A stretch of 62,277 bases of DNA, the filler included, from Bipalium vagum (lineage: Eukaryota): assembly GCA_037834085.1 (NCBI GenBank). It is 3 parts of 3 records of this genome, joined end to end, with 100 filler letters (N's around TTAATTAATTAA, not from the genome) between each part and the next. Parts side by side here need not be neighbours in the genome. Positions count along the whole stretch, not along the records: positions 1 to 20,074 come from JBBMKC010261116.1; positions 20,175 to 40,068 come from JBBMKC010265022.1; 1 more part is not named here. One strand, written 5' to 3'. The notes under the pieces are model-generated. The model saw only the letters and a program-made list of their open reading frames with translations. It had not been told where the DNA came from and ran no database searches. Positions 13,147 through 25,430 of this stretch are shown here, one piece after another. Positions within the stretch are counted from its first letter, which is position 1. The number at the start of each line of letters is the position of its first letter. Position numbers and translations under genes: made by a program.

Positions 13147-13686
13147 GTTAGATTTGAGATATTTTTGATAAATTGTGCTAATAAGCATTCAGTTTTTTCA
13201 TAATTTATAAGGTTTAGTGATTATAATTTGAAAATATCTAATTTCATTTATCTTAATTTTCATTGGTTGATTAATCTTTTGAAATGTGTGGATTATATTT
13301 TATTTTACTTGTTGGAAATTTTTAACGTTTACTTAAAACAATATTTAAATATTATTATATAGATTGAAAATTATTTTTTGAGCCAACACTTTTCATCAAT
13401 TTACAAAAATTTTTAAAAAATATTTATTGTTATATTTCGAACTTTTTTTTCAGTCATCAAACATTAAACATTTTAATCCATTTAATGGTGGTATAACTTT
13501 TTTAATTAAAAATTTTTATCAAATTGTTTATTTTAATTATTATAAAATATTTAAAAGGAATGAATGAAATTAAAAAAATTATTTTTAAAATTTTTTTAAA
13601 AATAGGAATTTTTAGGTCTGAGAAAATTTGTTTAAATATTATTTGTTTTATCACTTTATAAATCTATTTTAAAAAATGACTTGTAG

Positions 13687-13772
13687 TTATGATTATAAAC
13701 CGATTGATATTAACATGACGACCAACACAGACTCGGACTGGATCACTGAACGTCTTCAACCAAAAACGTTCT
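13687..13772 (+). CDS. Multi-Ig membrane protein, possible exon H (3' boundary uncertain; frame open to TAG at 13895-13897)
   Basis: ttgtag acceptor (phase 2). Encodes YDYKPIDINMTT...PKTF. The phase-1 donor t|gtaagg at 13773 fits the last exon. Confidence 0.45.
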
Positions 13773-15450
13773 GTAAGGGTGACGATGTGAAATTCATCGC
13801 GAAGTACACAAGGTATTTTAGTGTAAAAGAGACACCAGTGAAAAGAGGAGAAACCTTGATCTATTGTATATTTGACTTAAATTTAATAGAGAAGTAGTTA
13901 ATGGCCGGAAAAGTTAATGGTTTTGAAGTCAGATTACGATTCGCCTCTTCCATGATGGGCGATTTGTTAAAGTTAATCAACTATCGTAGAGGAGCTGGTG
14001 GTGTGGAAAACTTTTCCCGATAACGTTCATAATATGGTGGAAGATATTTTGTGACATGATTTAACAAAGGAGAGGTGCATAAACGATCCAAAAATCGAGA
14101 AGGAGGTCGAATTGAGGAAGTTAGGAAGTATAGAAAGAATGCAGGATGTAATCAAATTAATAGATGGAATCCGACAGAAACAGTTTGATCAGCTCAATAC
14201 TTGTTGTAGAGCAAGTCAGACCAGAATTTCAATTTTTCAAAAGGTCTAGTAACACAGGAAACGATGATTCTTTTATTACTAATGATTAACACATCTTTCG
14301 TTCATCGTTATATTCGAAATTGCTCTTAATTACACTTTATTAATTAGAGTAGTTCTGCGCTAACTTAACATTTTTTCACAACTCCATTCTTTGAGTGGTG
14401 TAAGATTTAATTGATAAGATAAAAATTTATTTTTAAATAAAATTATGATTAATGATTTTCCATAATTTTTTGGTCATGTTAAGGTAATGATAATTTATAA
14501 ATAAATAATTAATAATGACTAGAAAAATAATATTTAAGATATTTTTCTTTACTGTATTTAACTTGCCAATTCTATTAGCGGTATCTGTAGTTAAACTATT
14601 TTTGTAACCAGTAATTTTTGTTTCATCATAAAATAATACTTATTTGCTGTAGTATCGCATGAAAGAATTGTATCTCATATGTTTCGATGGCAACTTGTAT
14701 ATAAATGTGCGATATTCAGTTCTATTTTATGATAATAAAAAGAAGGACAAAGGTGTTTAATTTTAAAAAATGTCTAAGATTGAGTAGAAAAGAATTTTAA
14801 TAAAACTTTAAATGATTAAATTTTAATGAATTTTTAAAGTTTAAAGATTATTTAATTCTTACCTTTGTGTAATCTATACTAACAAATTTTGTGATATTTT
14901 CTAAAAGAAATGATATTTTTTAAATTAGATTTATTTTACGATTTATTTTAGTTTTGGATTATTAATTATTATTTTTAATCGACATCTGCGATTTTCTTTT
15001 AATTTTCACAAATTGAACTTCTGAAAGTTTAATTAATTAATTAATGATTTTCATTTAGTTTTTATTAAAAAAAGAAATATTTTATTTATTTAAATTTTTA
15101 CTAAAATAGTAATAAAATAATAATAATAAATAAGTTTATATTAAATAAATGAAAAGTTTTTTTGTGTATTTTTTGCTATAAATTTTTTTAAAAAATATTG
15201 TTTTAAAATTTTTAATTATGTTAAAAACAATTTTTGCATTAAAATAAGTAAAATTTTTAATAATATTTTTATAAAAACGAAACAAGCTGATGATTGTCTT
15301 GTGGAGACCTTACTGGAATAAAATTAAAAAATAAAACAGGTAAAATAAATAAAATATTAATCAACAAATAAAATAAAAATAAATAAAGTAAAATAACTGA
15401 ATAAATATTTAATTAATAAATTATTTAATCCGTTTAAATTTACTGTTCAG

Positions 15451-16220
15451 CCTGCAATGTCGACCCACCACCGATTTTCATCACTCCGAAAGACAAGGGC
15501 ATGTTTGTGGTGGGGGAAATCTTTTCCTGTTCCACAGATTCCATAAATTGTAGAAATGGTTTGACCTTCACGATCTATACGCAAAAAGAGGGAGAGCCAC
15601 CCGAAAGAAGTATTAAAAATTCTTTTACACTGACATCAAAGCACACTGGCAACACTATCACACTGACCTGTGCGGCAGGTGTCGCCGAAAAGGCCAAAGT
15701 TCATAAAGTTGTTCGAGTAGAAATGGACCCTTATAATGTGTCCATAATTAATGTTGATCCGATCATGATGTACGGAAAATATATCAAGTGTATATCCCAA
15801 GGATTTCCCTTACCAACGATTAAATGGACTCAAATTTCTGGTCCGAGCAATCTGGCAATTTCCGAATTCAACATCTTAATCGGACCTTGGGATTCGTCCG
15901 GAAAATATATCGTGCAATGCGAGGCGAAAAACGAAAGGGGTTCGGTCATGGTTTATAAAACGTTCAATATATTTAATCCGCGAATTGCGAGCACTGATTT
16001 CAGCGTTCAATTCTATTTGTTTGTACCATTTTTGACCATTGCCTATATGGGATTGATGATATTGAGTTTGGCGTTGATCTTTCAGGAAAATATTTTCGGC
16101 GTCCCCCTCTTCTCAAATTCTAAAGGGTATCAATTTAAAACCGACGGCAAAAAGAACTACGGTGTTAATGAAAAGGGTTCTGGTGCAGAATTGAAAGTTA
16201 GCTATGATGGAAAGTATTAA
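15451..16220 (+). CDS. Multi-Ig membrane protein, terminal exon: two Ig-like domains, TM helix, cytoplasmic tail
   Basis: tgttcag acceptor, phase 1. Domains GEIFSC..ITLTC and KCISQGFPLPTIKW..DSSGKYIVQCEAKNERGS (I-set-like). TM segment FYLFVPFLTIAYMGLMILSLALIF. Stop TAA ends at 16220; AATAAA at 16355. Confidence 0.9.
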
Positions 16221-16986
16221 CCAGTGATTGAATCGTTTTATTGTTTTTGTGGTTGTTTTGTTTTAATTGTTGAAGAAGAATCTAGTTTGCAGATTGTCCT
16301 TGAATGTCAGTTCAAATGGAAAAAAACGATTTAAGATTGATTCTTTGATTGAATAATAAAGGAAGGTTGGAAACGTTTTTCGAAATGTCACTTTCAAGAG
16401 ATCATATTAAAAATGTGATAAAAATATAAAAATATTTTTCCAGTTTCTTTTTAAAATTTTTAAAGGATTAAAACATAATGATCACTTTTTTTGAAGAAGG
16501 AAAATATTCTATTTGTAAAATATTGATTGTTGATTCTTGGAAAAAAATCTTTGAAACAAAAGGTTTAACATATTTCTAAGCTTTACAGGGGTTGGGTGGT
16601 TGGTTATGTATTCTTTGATTAAGAGAAAAAACTATTACTTATTCATTTATCTAAACAAAATTTCTTAAATAAATTTAACAAATCAAAAAAATATTATTTA
16701 ATAACATTAAAAAATAGGTATTAATATTTTGTGATAATAATTAAATTTTATTTCTTTCTTATAATGAAACTTCTTCGCTACAAGAAAATAACATAATTCA
16801 ATGTTTGATTCTTTGATAAATTATTATTTTCCCAAGGAAGCTATTCCTAATGCTCTTTTACTTAGAGATAATCCTCTTTAGATAACATTTTCTAATTGAG
16901 AAATATAAAAATTTGTAAGCTTTGGTATTTCGTAAGAGATTCGAATCAAAAAAATCTAAAATTCAAATATAAAAAAATATTAATAC

Positions 16987-17037
16987 GAATATGAATATGA
17001 ATATGAATATGAATATGAATATGAATATAAATATGAA
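16987..17037. repeat. (GAATAT)n hexamer microsatellite
   Basis: About 8 copies, read directly. Confidence 0.9.
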
Positions 17038-17039
17038 TT

Positions 17040-17752
17040 TTTTTGAGGAAAATCTTGGCTTTGCAATCATCTGTGGAGTTTTATCTTTTTTGGACCACGA
17101 TCTTTTTCTAATATTATTATCATAGGTGATCCATGTTTCATCTCCAGTAATCATTTTTTTAAGAAAAGGATCAATTTTATTTTTTGTCAAATGGAAATTC
17201 TCCTGATTAAATCCTTATCTGATAACTTATGAGGTACCAAATTATCAGGCTTCTTCTAGTATTCAAGTTTATCGAGATGATTTAAACCGATGGTTGACAA
17301 ATGTTTAGATTCTTGGCAATGTCATAACTGCTTTTGTGCCGGTCTTGGTTGAATAATTCAATAATTTCGTCGTTCTTTTTTGCAATTGGTCGGTCCGAAC
17401 TGGGTGCGTCTTTCAAATCAGTTCGAAAATTTTCGAACCACTCTCGAATCGTTCTTTCTGAAACAGCATTAGACCCGCAAACCGCACATACTTTTTTTGT
17501 GGCATGACTCGCGTTTTTCTTTTTCAAAAAATAGAATTTCATGATGCATCGAATTTCTTCTTTATTTTGAATTTTTTGCGACATCTCTAAATTCATATAA
17601 AAAATGATATTATTAAAAAATTATGATTTACCTATTCTAGATAATTGATTTTATTATTTGAATTCTTAAAATTTATTTTCAAATTTATAATAACTTGTAA
17701 TTAAACTTAAACTAACCGATGACAAAAACGGCGGAAACTTTTTAGGTTATAT
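17040..17752 (-). mobile_element. DD34D mariner, 5' half
   Basis: KEEIRCIMKFYF...SERTIREWFENFR..LKDAPSSDRP (HTH); LVPHKL; FLKKMITGDETWITYDN. Confidence 0.9.
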
Positions 17753-17769
17753 TAAAGCAGAAAATTATT

Positions 17770-18328
17770 TTTGAGTTGAAAGGAATATACGGTGAAGAAG
17801 CACCATGTGAGTGTATTATTTATAACTGGATCCGCGATTTTTTATCTGGCCGCACAGGTGTTTATGAAGCATCCAAATCCCTTAGTTGAAACCCAAACTA
17901 TTCGAAGCAAGCCTCGGAACCAGGATCTTTTTCGGTCCATGATAAACCTTCTATTTAAATATCAAAGAAATCCCGAGAAACACTAGCAAAAGCTGGATTT
18001 TTTGCTGCTAATCTCCCTTACACATCAGATCTGGCACCAAGTGATTTCTGGTTGCTGAACCACCTGAAGAAACATATGCGGTCACAAAAATTTATTTCAA
18101 AGAATGATATGAAAGATAACGTGACGAAATTCCTCATGGAGAATAATGTAAATCTCTCTGAAATGGGCTTTTATAGAAAAGGTTGACCAGTTGAATAAGT
18201 GCGTCGATATAAACAGCGGTTATGTCGAGAAATGAGACATATACATATATATTTATTGTTGATAAATATTTTGTTCAGTTACCTTCCTTATTTCTGGTAG
18301 ACTCTAAGTACTTTTTAGTCTACGCACG
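17770..18328 (+). mobile_element. Deleted mariner (irritans-like)
   Basis: PYTSDLAPSDFWLLNHLKKHMRSQKF and ...KCVDINSGYVEK*. Ends ...acgcacg|ta. Confidence 0.75.
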
Positions 18329-20020
18329 TATATAAAAATATAATAATCGGAAACGGTCTTATAAGAATTAATTCATCTCACTTCCAGAAACATTCTTTCA
18401 TTTTTATTCTGCATTAAGGGTCCCTCTAAATAATAAATAAAAATAAAAAATATCTTATTTTAGAACGGATAGCATAAATTAAATTATCTCTTTCTTAATT
18501 CATCAATTTCGGTGTTGAGTTAAATATAGAAATAATTAAATATTTTTGATGAATTTATCCCATTTCAATAATTGAAATAAAAGACGGAGAAGTTGGTTTT
18601 CCCAAAATCTCTAAAGTTCTATTTATTATTGACCATTTTGAATTCACTTCAGAGTGTGACGTTTTAAACAAAAACTCCATTTGATAATTATCAATGACGG
18701 ATGGTTTTGTTTTCCAAAGAGTTTGGCAACGGAATGGGGAGTACTATAAAATCGATAGTGTATTTCAAGCTTGGAAATTGAATTTTACGAAATTCATGTA
18801 AGATCTTCACAGCTCGTTAAGGGGTAAGTTTGAAGCTTTAAAGTTCCCGACCACTTAATTATGTGGGTGATACAATTTTATATTTATTTTAATAAAAATT
18901 TGAGGACCGACTTGTAATATTATTTTTATGAGAACAATAAAGATTATTACTTTATATGAAATTAATTTTTTTCAACCGAAATTTTATGAAGTGAAATTCA
19001 ACCTGTCCTCTCTGATAATATATCGAGTCCATAATCAATTATTTTGATTTACAGAAATTTCGAATCATAATGAAATAAAACAATAAAAGTAATGATGATA
19101 ATAATAGTGAGAAAAACAAAACAATAGAAGCAGAAACATACTTTGACTGTTAAAATCTCACGGGATTTTCCTTTCATTCATAAAACTGTACAATTAATAA
19201 AAAATAAATTAATATTTAATTATTGATTTCATTGGTCAAGCCGACAGCCAATCAAATGATTGGCATGAAAATTATTTAGGTTCAAAAATTTAAAATAAAT
19301 AATAATTCTCCAGCTAGGATTTAGAAAAGAAACGAAAAATGTAAGAAATGTATATATATATATATATATTTGATAAACGTAAATAATGCAATAAACATTA
19401 AAATATATTTTTTGTTTTAATTACGAACGCGATAGAGATGTAATTCATTTAATCAGAAAATTAATCAATTATTTTTACCATCTTTCTTTAATTCGTTTCA
19501 TATATGCCTTTTGTCGAATTTAATTTTTTCAACAATTAAAACGAAATAAAAATTATGCTTTTCTTTCAAAAACGGTGAAGAAAAATCAAATAATGATAAT
19601 ATAAGAGGATTTAAACTTTCATTTTATCTTCAAGGAATATTTGTCAAATTAATTTGTTTTAATCTTTTTATTGGAGACAGAATTATTTCATTAAGTAAAT
19701 TTTATGAAAATCTCAAATTTTCACATGTCAATTTCCAAAGACAATATTGGCGATTATGAAATAATGGGAGATAAAATAAATAATATTTTGAATTCAAGAA
19801 ATATATTAACCAAATTTATTAATATAATACTTTTATATTATACATAAAGAACGAAAGCTTTTTGTCATAAAGAACGCTCTTCTTTTATGAAGTATTATAG
19901 ATAATAAATATTTTCTTTAATATTTGACTTAATAAATATTTCTGGAAGCAATTATGTACAGCTTTAAGGACTTATTTTTAATAATTTTTATTTATTATCT
20001 ATTATGAATTATGAATTATC

Positions 20021-20024
<4 letters not shown>

Positions 20025-20065
<41 letters not shown>

Positions 20066-20074
20066 TTATTATTA
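20025..20074. repeat. (ATT)n microsatellite at contig end
   Basis: Direct read. Confidence 0.9.
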
Positions 20075-20174
20075 NNNNNNNNNNNNNNNNNNNNNNNNNN
20101 NNNNNNNNNNNNNNNNNNTTAATTAATTAANNNNNNNNNNNNNNNNNNNNNNNNNNNNNNNNNNNNNNNNNNNN
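20075..20174. other. Artificial assembly gap spacer
   Basis: 44 N + TTAATTAATTAA (stops in all six frames) + 44 N = 100 nt. Confidence 0.97.
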
Positions 20175-22552
20175 TTTCTTTAAATATATAAATTAGATTT
20201 ATTAAAAATTATTTATCAATTAATTATTTTATTACTGAAAATATTTTCATTTTTATTATTATATTATTTATAATATTTCTATCTTAAGATAATCTTCCCA
20301 CGAACTTTTCCATCAAATGATATGAGCTAACAAAAATTTAATATTATTTTGATGGAGTCGATTGATGTTTTATAATTGAGAAAAATAAAATTCATTTAGC
20401 AATGGTGATAAATTAAAACAAAAATATTTTTTAAATATCAGTTTTCATTAATAAATATTTTAACAAAATACACAAAAAGTTTATTAACAATTTTAAAATT
20501 TTTTTGAAAACGAAATCCCATATAGGCTAACGACTGAAATTTTAGAGTTTTTTGTTTGGAAATGGTATTTATAATTGAAGAAAACAATGAAACAAATACT
20601 CAGAAATAAGTCTGATAACATTAATTTATAAAGAAATATACATTTTTTCATTTCATCATATATTTCTATATTTATTTCTATTTTTGTTAGCTGCGATTTC
20701 AAAAAATTCAGATATATTTTAAAGATTTTATTGATTGATGAAAATAATAACAGTTAAATAAATATTATAAATTCAATTTATTTTATGTGCATCGATTGCA
20801 AAAATTTCAATAAACAATAAATTTAAAGATTATAGATATTTTAAAATGTGATTAAATTAATAAAATTTTAAATATTGGGCACTTCATAAAAATTGAACAA
20901 TTCCAAAAGATGTTTAAATATTCACAAATATAATTAATATGACAACGATGATTATCAATTAATATTGTTTTGTTTAAATAAAAGGCATTTTAATAAAATT
21001 TTATAAATCAATATTTATAATAAACACTTCTTAAAGATTTCTTGATAGGGAGAAAATATTCTCATTGAAACTCTATATTAAAATGTATTATGGAATTTCA
21101 ACAATATCAAGTAAACTGAATCAAATAAATAATTTAGATTCTAAATGCGGCATTTACATCAAAAATCTCGGATATTTTATTGATCAAAAGTCTAGAAAAA
21201 TTAGACTTCACAAAATATAATTAGTTTTTAATATTTCCGAAAGTTAATAATTTAAACAGAATTAAATTAATATTTCATTATTTTATAAACTTGATTGAAA
21301 TATTTCCGAAGAATATTAATTATAGTATTTTAATATTAATTAAAGTTATCAAAAACGTCCCTCCATTTTAAATGAATATCATTTTGAAAAAAGAAATTTG
21401 CAAAAATTCTAAACCAATAATAATGGGAAATTTTTATTTTATATCAGAACATTTTCTGTGAAGAAAAAATATTATTATTTCGAAAGACTTTGTTTAAATG
21501 GAGTCTAAATTGAAATTTTCTTATCTTTTATCAATACATTTCTCCAGACAAGTATAAATAAGATTATGTGAATTTTAAATATTGTTCGATGTTTCATAAT
21601 TTACTGAAGAAGTTTTACATTTTTAATTATAACAATTATAACTCTGAAATATAAATGATGATTAAAATATTAAGGTTTATACAGTATCCATTTCTTTCAT
21701 AATTTGATGTCGGTGAATATATAAAAAGAATTGTAACTCTTTGAATGCATTCATTACAAATTAACAATAACAGCGATTTTATATTATTAATTGGATTGTA
21801 TCACTTTCTCTCCAGCACTTTCAATCACAAAACTTTAGGATTTTATTCAAACTATATTGAAAAACCTAACTGTCACTCTGACTCGGTCTTTTACTATTCA
21901 TACTTCATTGGAAATAATAACTGATTTAAGAATTTAAACGTCGTTAATACAATAATTTTTGAAAAGCTTCCTTAAAAAAGAAAAATAGTATGAAATCCTT
22001 CCAAACAATTTCCTAACCATTACAGATTGTGCAACATTATTGATCGAAAGCTGTCGAATAATACAATATTTCCAATGAATTATTATCTTTGTAACATTCT
22101 CAATTATACTAACTATTCTAAAAACTTTTAATACATTGGCAACTATAGACAAACCTTTTTGTCTTTATGGCTTTATTAATTAAAACAAATAGAGCTCACC
22201 TTTATTGGGTTTATATAATACATTTATTACGTATTTCATTTGTTTATTTTACATTTCTAATAGTCTAAAACTGTCTTTAAAGTTGCAATATTTTGAAGTG
22301 ACTTTAAAAATTATATTTCTTCTTTGGATCAATATAGAAAATTTTACAGAAAATTAAAAAAAACCCCAATTTCATATAAAATTTCTGGCAATATCTTCTT
22401 CAATTGTTTCATGTATATCTAATAAATATCTGAACTGTATTTAAGTAACGACATTATATTTTAAGGAAACATGAAAATTTTCTTAAAATTAATTACTCGA
22501 AATATTTTTTAAAAAAAATTAAGCCTCTAATATAAATAAATATAATAAAATA

Positions 22553-22591
<39 letters not shown>

Positions 22592-23555
22592 TATTCAAAA
22601 TGATTAATAGCACCATCATTTTTATGTTTACAAAGCTTCGAATATTTAAAATGTACATTATTGATGCATTAAAACAAGAGCTGAATTTGTAGAAACACCA
22701 AAACAATTATTGGTGCAGTTACAAAAGACTACCCCTTAAAGATTCGATGAAATATTTTTAAAACGTCTTCAGTTTTTAATAATAATACCATTAGAAAAAA
22801 GCAGAATGACAGATAATTTTAAAATATAAATACTGAAAAATATTTTCACGATGGCCATTCATTGAATGTTTTAGTAAAATTACAGAAAATATTTTATTCT
22901 GCTTGAACATGCAGACTTCGTTTTCAGGGCACTTTGGGTTTTGTTCACTCATAGATAAGCAGCTGGATTCGTTGCTACTCAAATTAAAATCAGGATGATT
23001 GACTGACCAAAGAAATTTCACAAGTGTGGGAAAAAATTATTAATGTATAATAATTATCCAAATTTTATTATAAAATATTAATAAAATATACGTCATTCTA
23101 TACCATTAACAAGCCAAACATTCCCTTTACTTTCAGTGTTGAAAATCAAAATACGTAAAGTATATATACAGCGTATACATTCTCATTCCATTTCTTTCAA
23201 AAAAATGCTAATATTGATGTTTTTTTTATTGAAATGAAAAATTGTTTTTACTAAGTGAAATAAATAAATCCATCAATTTTTGCCAATCATTTTATTAATT
23301 TTTTGCGCTTAAAATTAAAATATTTTAAAATAAAATATACCAGAAAAGATAATGAAAAAAAAAGAATAATTGATGTCCCTCATCAAGTATGAAAATAACA
23401 ATAACACCAAAAAGAATTAATTTAAAGAAAAAATATTGATTTAACGAATGTAACAAAAGTTTCAAAATTAATAAATGTAATAAAATTTACATTCTTAATA
23501 TCAGAATAATTTAAACTCAATTTCACATAATCACTAATCAATTTCGATAACAAAC

Positions 23556-23725
23556 CTTTGATGCATTTAATCCATGGCCAAGTTTGGCAAGAACGTCATT
23601 AAAACTTTCCTGGGATTCACAGTGAAAAAAAGGAAGCATGTTCAAGTTGTTCAAGGCTGACTGGAAATTATTATTGCTGTTTAAAGAATTTTCTGCCATC
23701 GGGTTATAGAGGTCTAGGTACAAAT
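23556..23725 (-). CDS. Asn/Gln/Met-rich protein, coding exon 3 (may instead run to the stop at 23538)
   Basis: atatttag acceptor, phase 1, matching the upstream exon. Encodes DLYLDLYNPMAENSLNSNNNFQSALNNLNMLPFF...NASK|gtttgt, with the same composition as exon 2. Confidence 0.6.
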
Positions 23726-25186
23726 CTAAATATAAATCGAATACAATTAAATTATCAATTTTAATGGCTAATTTCATTTTGAAAATTAACATAGCGGTTG
23801 ATAATTTTCTGCTGATAAATAACTCTAAAAATTATATTAAATATTCTGATATAACACAAGACATTAAAAATCGATTTTTTCCAAACTTTGATTTTTTTCT
23901 TTCTAGACTTTAGAAATAATACAGGAAAAAATGAAATTAATTCTATTAGAAGATTTGTTCAACTTAATTCCCAAAGTGCTAAGATATTTTCTCTTTTATT
24001 TATATCAATTGAAAATTTTATCATTTTAAATTAAACAAATTATTCTTTTTTATCTAAATGATGACATTTATAATATTTTAGAGTAATCAAATTTGTACGC
24101 TCATTATATATTTATAATTTATATAAAATATAATGATGAATAATATAAAAATATTTTTAATGTTTATTTTATTTCTTTTTGTTTTAAAAGATAAATGTTA
24201 CATTTTAATTTTTCGAAAAATAATTTTTAACTTTTAATTAAAGATTTTTAATTGAATTTTTCTGATAAAGATGTGAAGAAAATCGATTTGAATTCAAAAG
24301 AAATTTTAAAAAGAAACGTTCAAAGGAATACAAAAATACTATTTTCATCGGGGTTTAGAATCTTCTACATTGTAATCGATAAAGCTGTATAACATGAAGA
24401 TCTAAAAGTAATTTCAATCACAGCCAAAATGACAAATTATTTAAAAATTAAAATGTCAACACCATGTAATGTTGCAACCTCTAACAATTAAAATAGTTTA
24501 TTTTTCATAACAAGTCGTTGGTATAAGAGCTTATACATAGAAGAGAAACAGCGTGGAAGTAGAATCAATCATTTAGATAAAAAAGAATAATTTGTTTAAT
24601 TTAAAATGATAAAATTTTCAATTAATTGCATTCTACGAAACTGTAAAGTAAGCACAGATGAATTAGTAACAGTGATCAATTTTGATAGTAAAGATAAACG
24701 AAAAATAAGTGAATCATAATTAATAAAAGAAAGTCAACAATAGATTAAAATTCAAACAGGATAAAGTAAAAACAGATTGGACTGTCAGCGTGTTCTCTGA
24801 TTAATTAAAAATTATACCATCATTTAATGGATTAAAATATATAATATCAAAACTGAAGAAGAACTGATAAAAATTTCGAAACGTCTTATAATTAAAGTGT
24901 TTATGCAAATTTTGTTGTCAATTGATAAAAAGTGTTTATCGAAAAAAAAATTGATTATGTTCTCAATATTAAAATATATTAGACTGTGTAAAAGAGTATC
25001 AAAACCAGCACATTTATTCACATGGAACATAATTAAATCATAATTTAAGGAATCTTAAGGAACAAATAATTCCTACGATAGTCAATATTGCTGCAGAATA
25101 AGAAAATTGTTTAATCTTGATACTTGATGTCTTAATAAATGTCACTATAAATATTCTCCATGAGCTGTATTAAAATCTAGATTATT

Positions 25187-25430
25187 AGGGGTACTCACAA
25201 GTAAGGTCGATTTATCAAAATATGTAAAAATGTATAGTTTAAAAACCTAACAAATTAATCAACATCAACTTCTGTAACTTTAAACAAATTTTCAATCCCG
25301 GTTTCAAAAATATTGGATTTCTAGAGTTAAAGTACTCAATCCATGTATTTCTCAAATCCTCATAAGACTTTATCTTTTTCCATCTAACTCGACTAGCATG
25401 TGTATTTCGTATCTTTCAAATCAACATTGT
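25187..25430 (-). mobile_element. Mariner 3' fragment
   Basis: IEYFNSRNPIFFETGIENL on the minus strand next to a TIR-like taggggtactcacaagtaagg. Confidence 0.5.

Noticed and set aside
14002-14380. Possible solo LTR (TGTGGAAAA...TTTTCACA)
   Set aside because: No target-site duplication, PBS or PPT support
22791-23021. 76-aa minus ORF as the next exon of the N/Q-rich gene
   Set aside because: Its best acceptor (ggtcag) is phase 1 while the upstream donor is phase 0. It may be UTR or need a missing exon.
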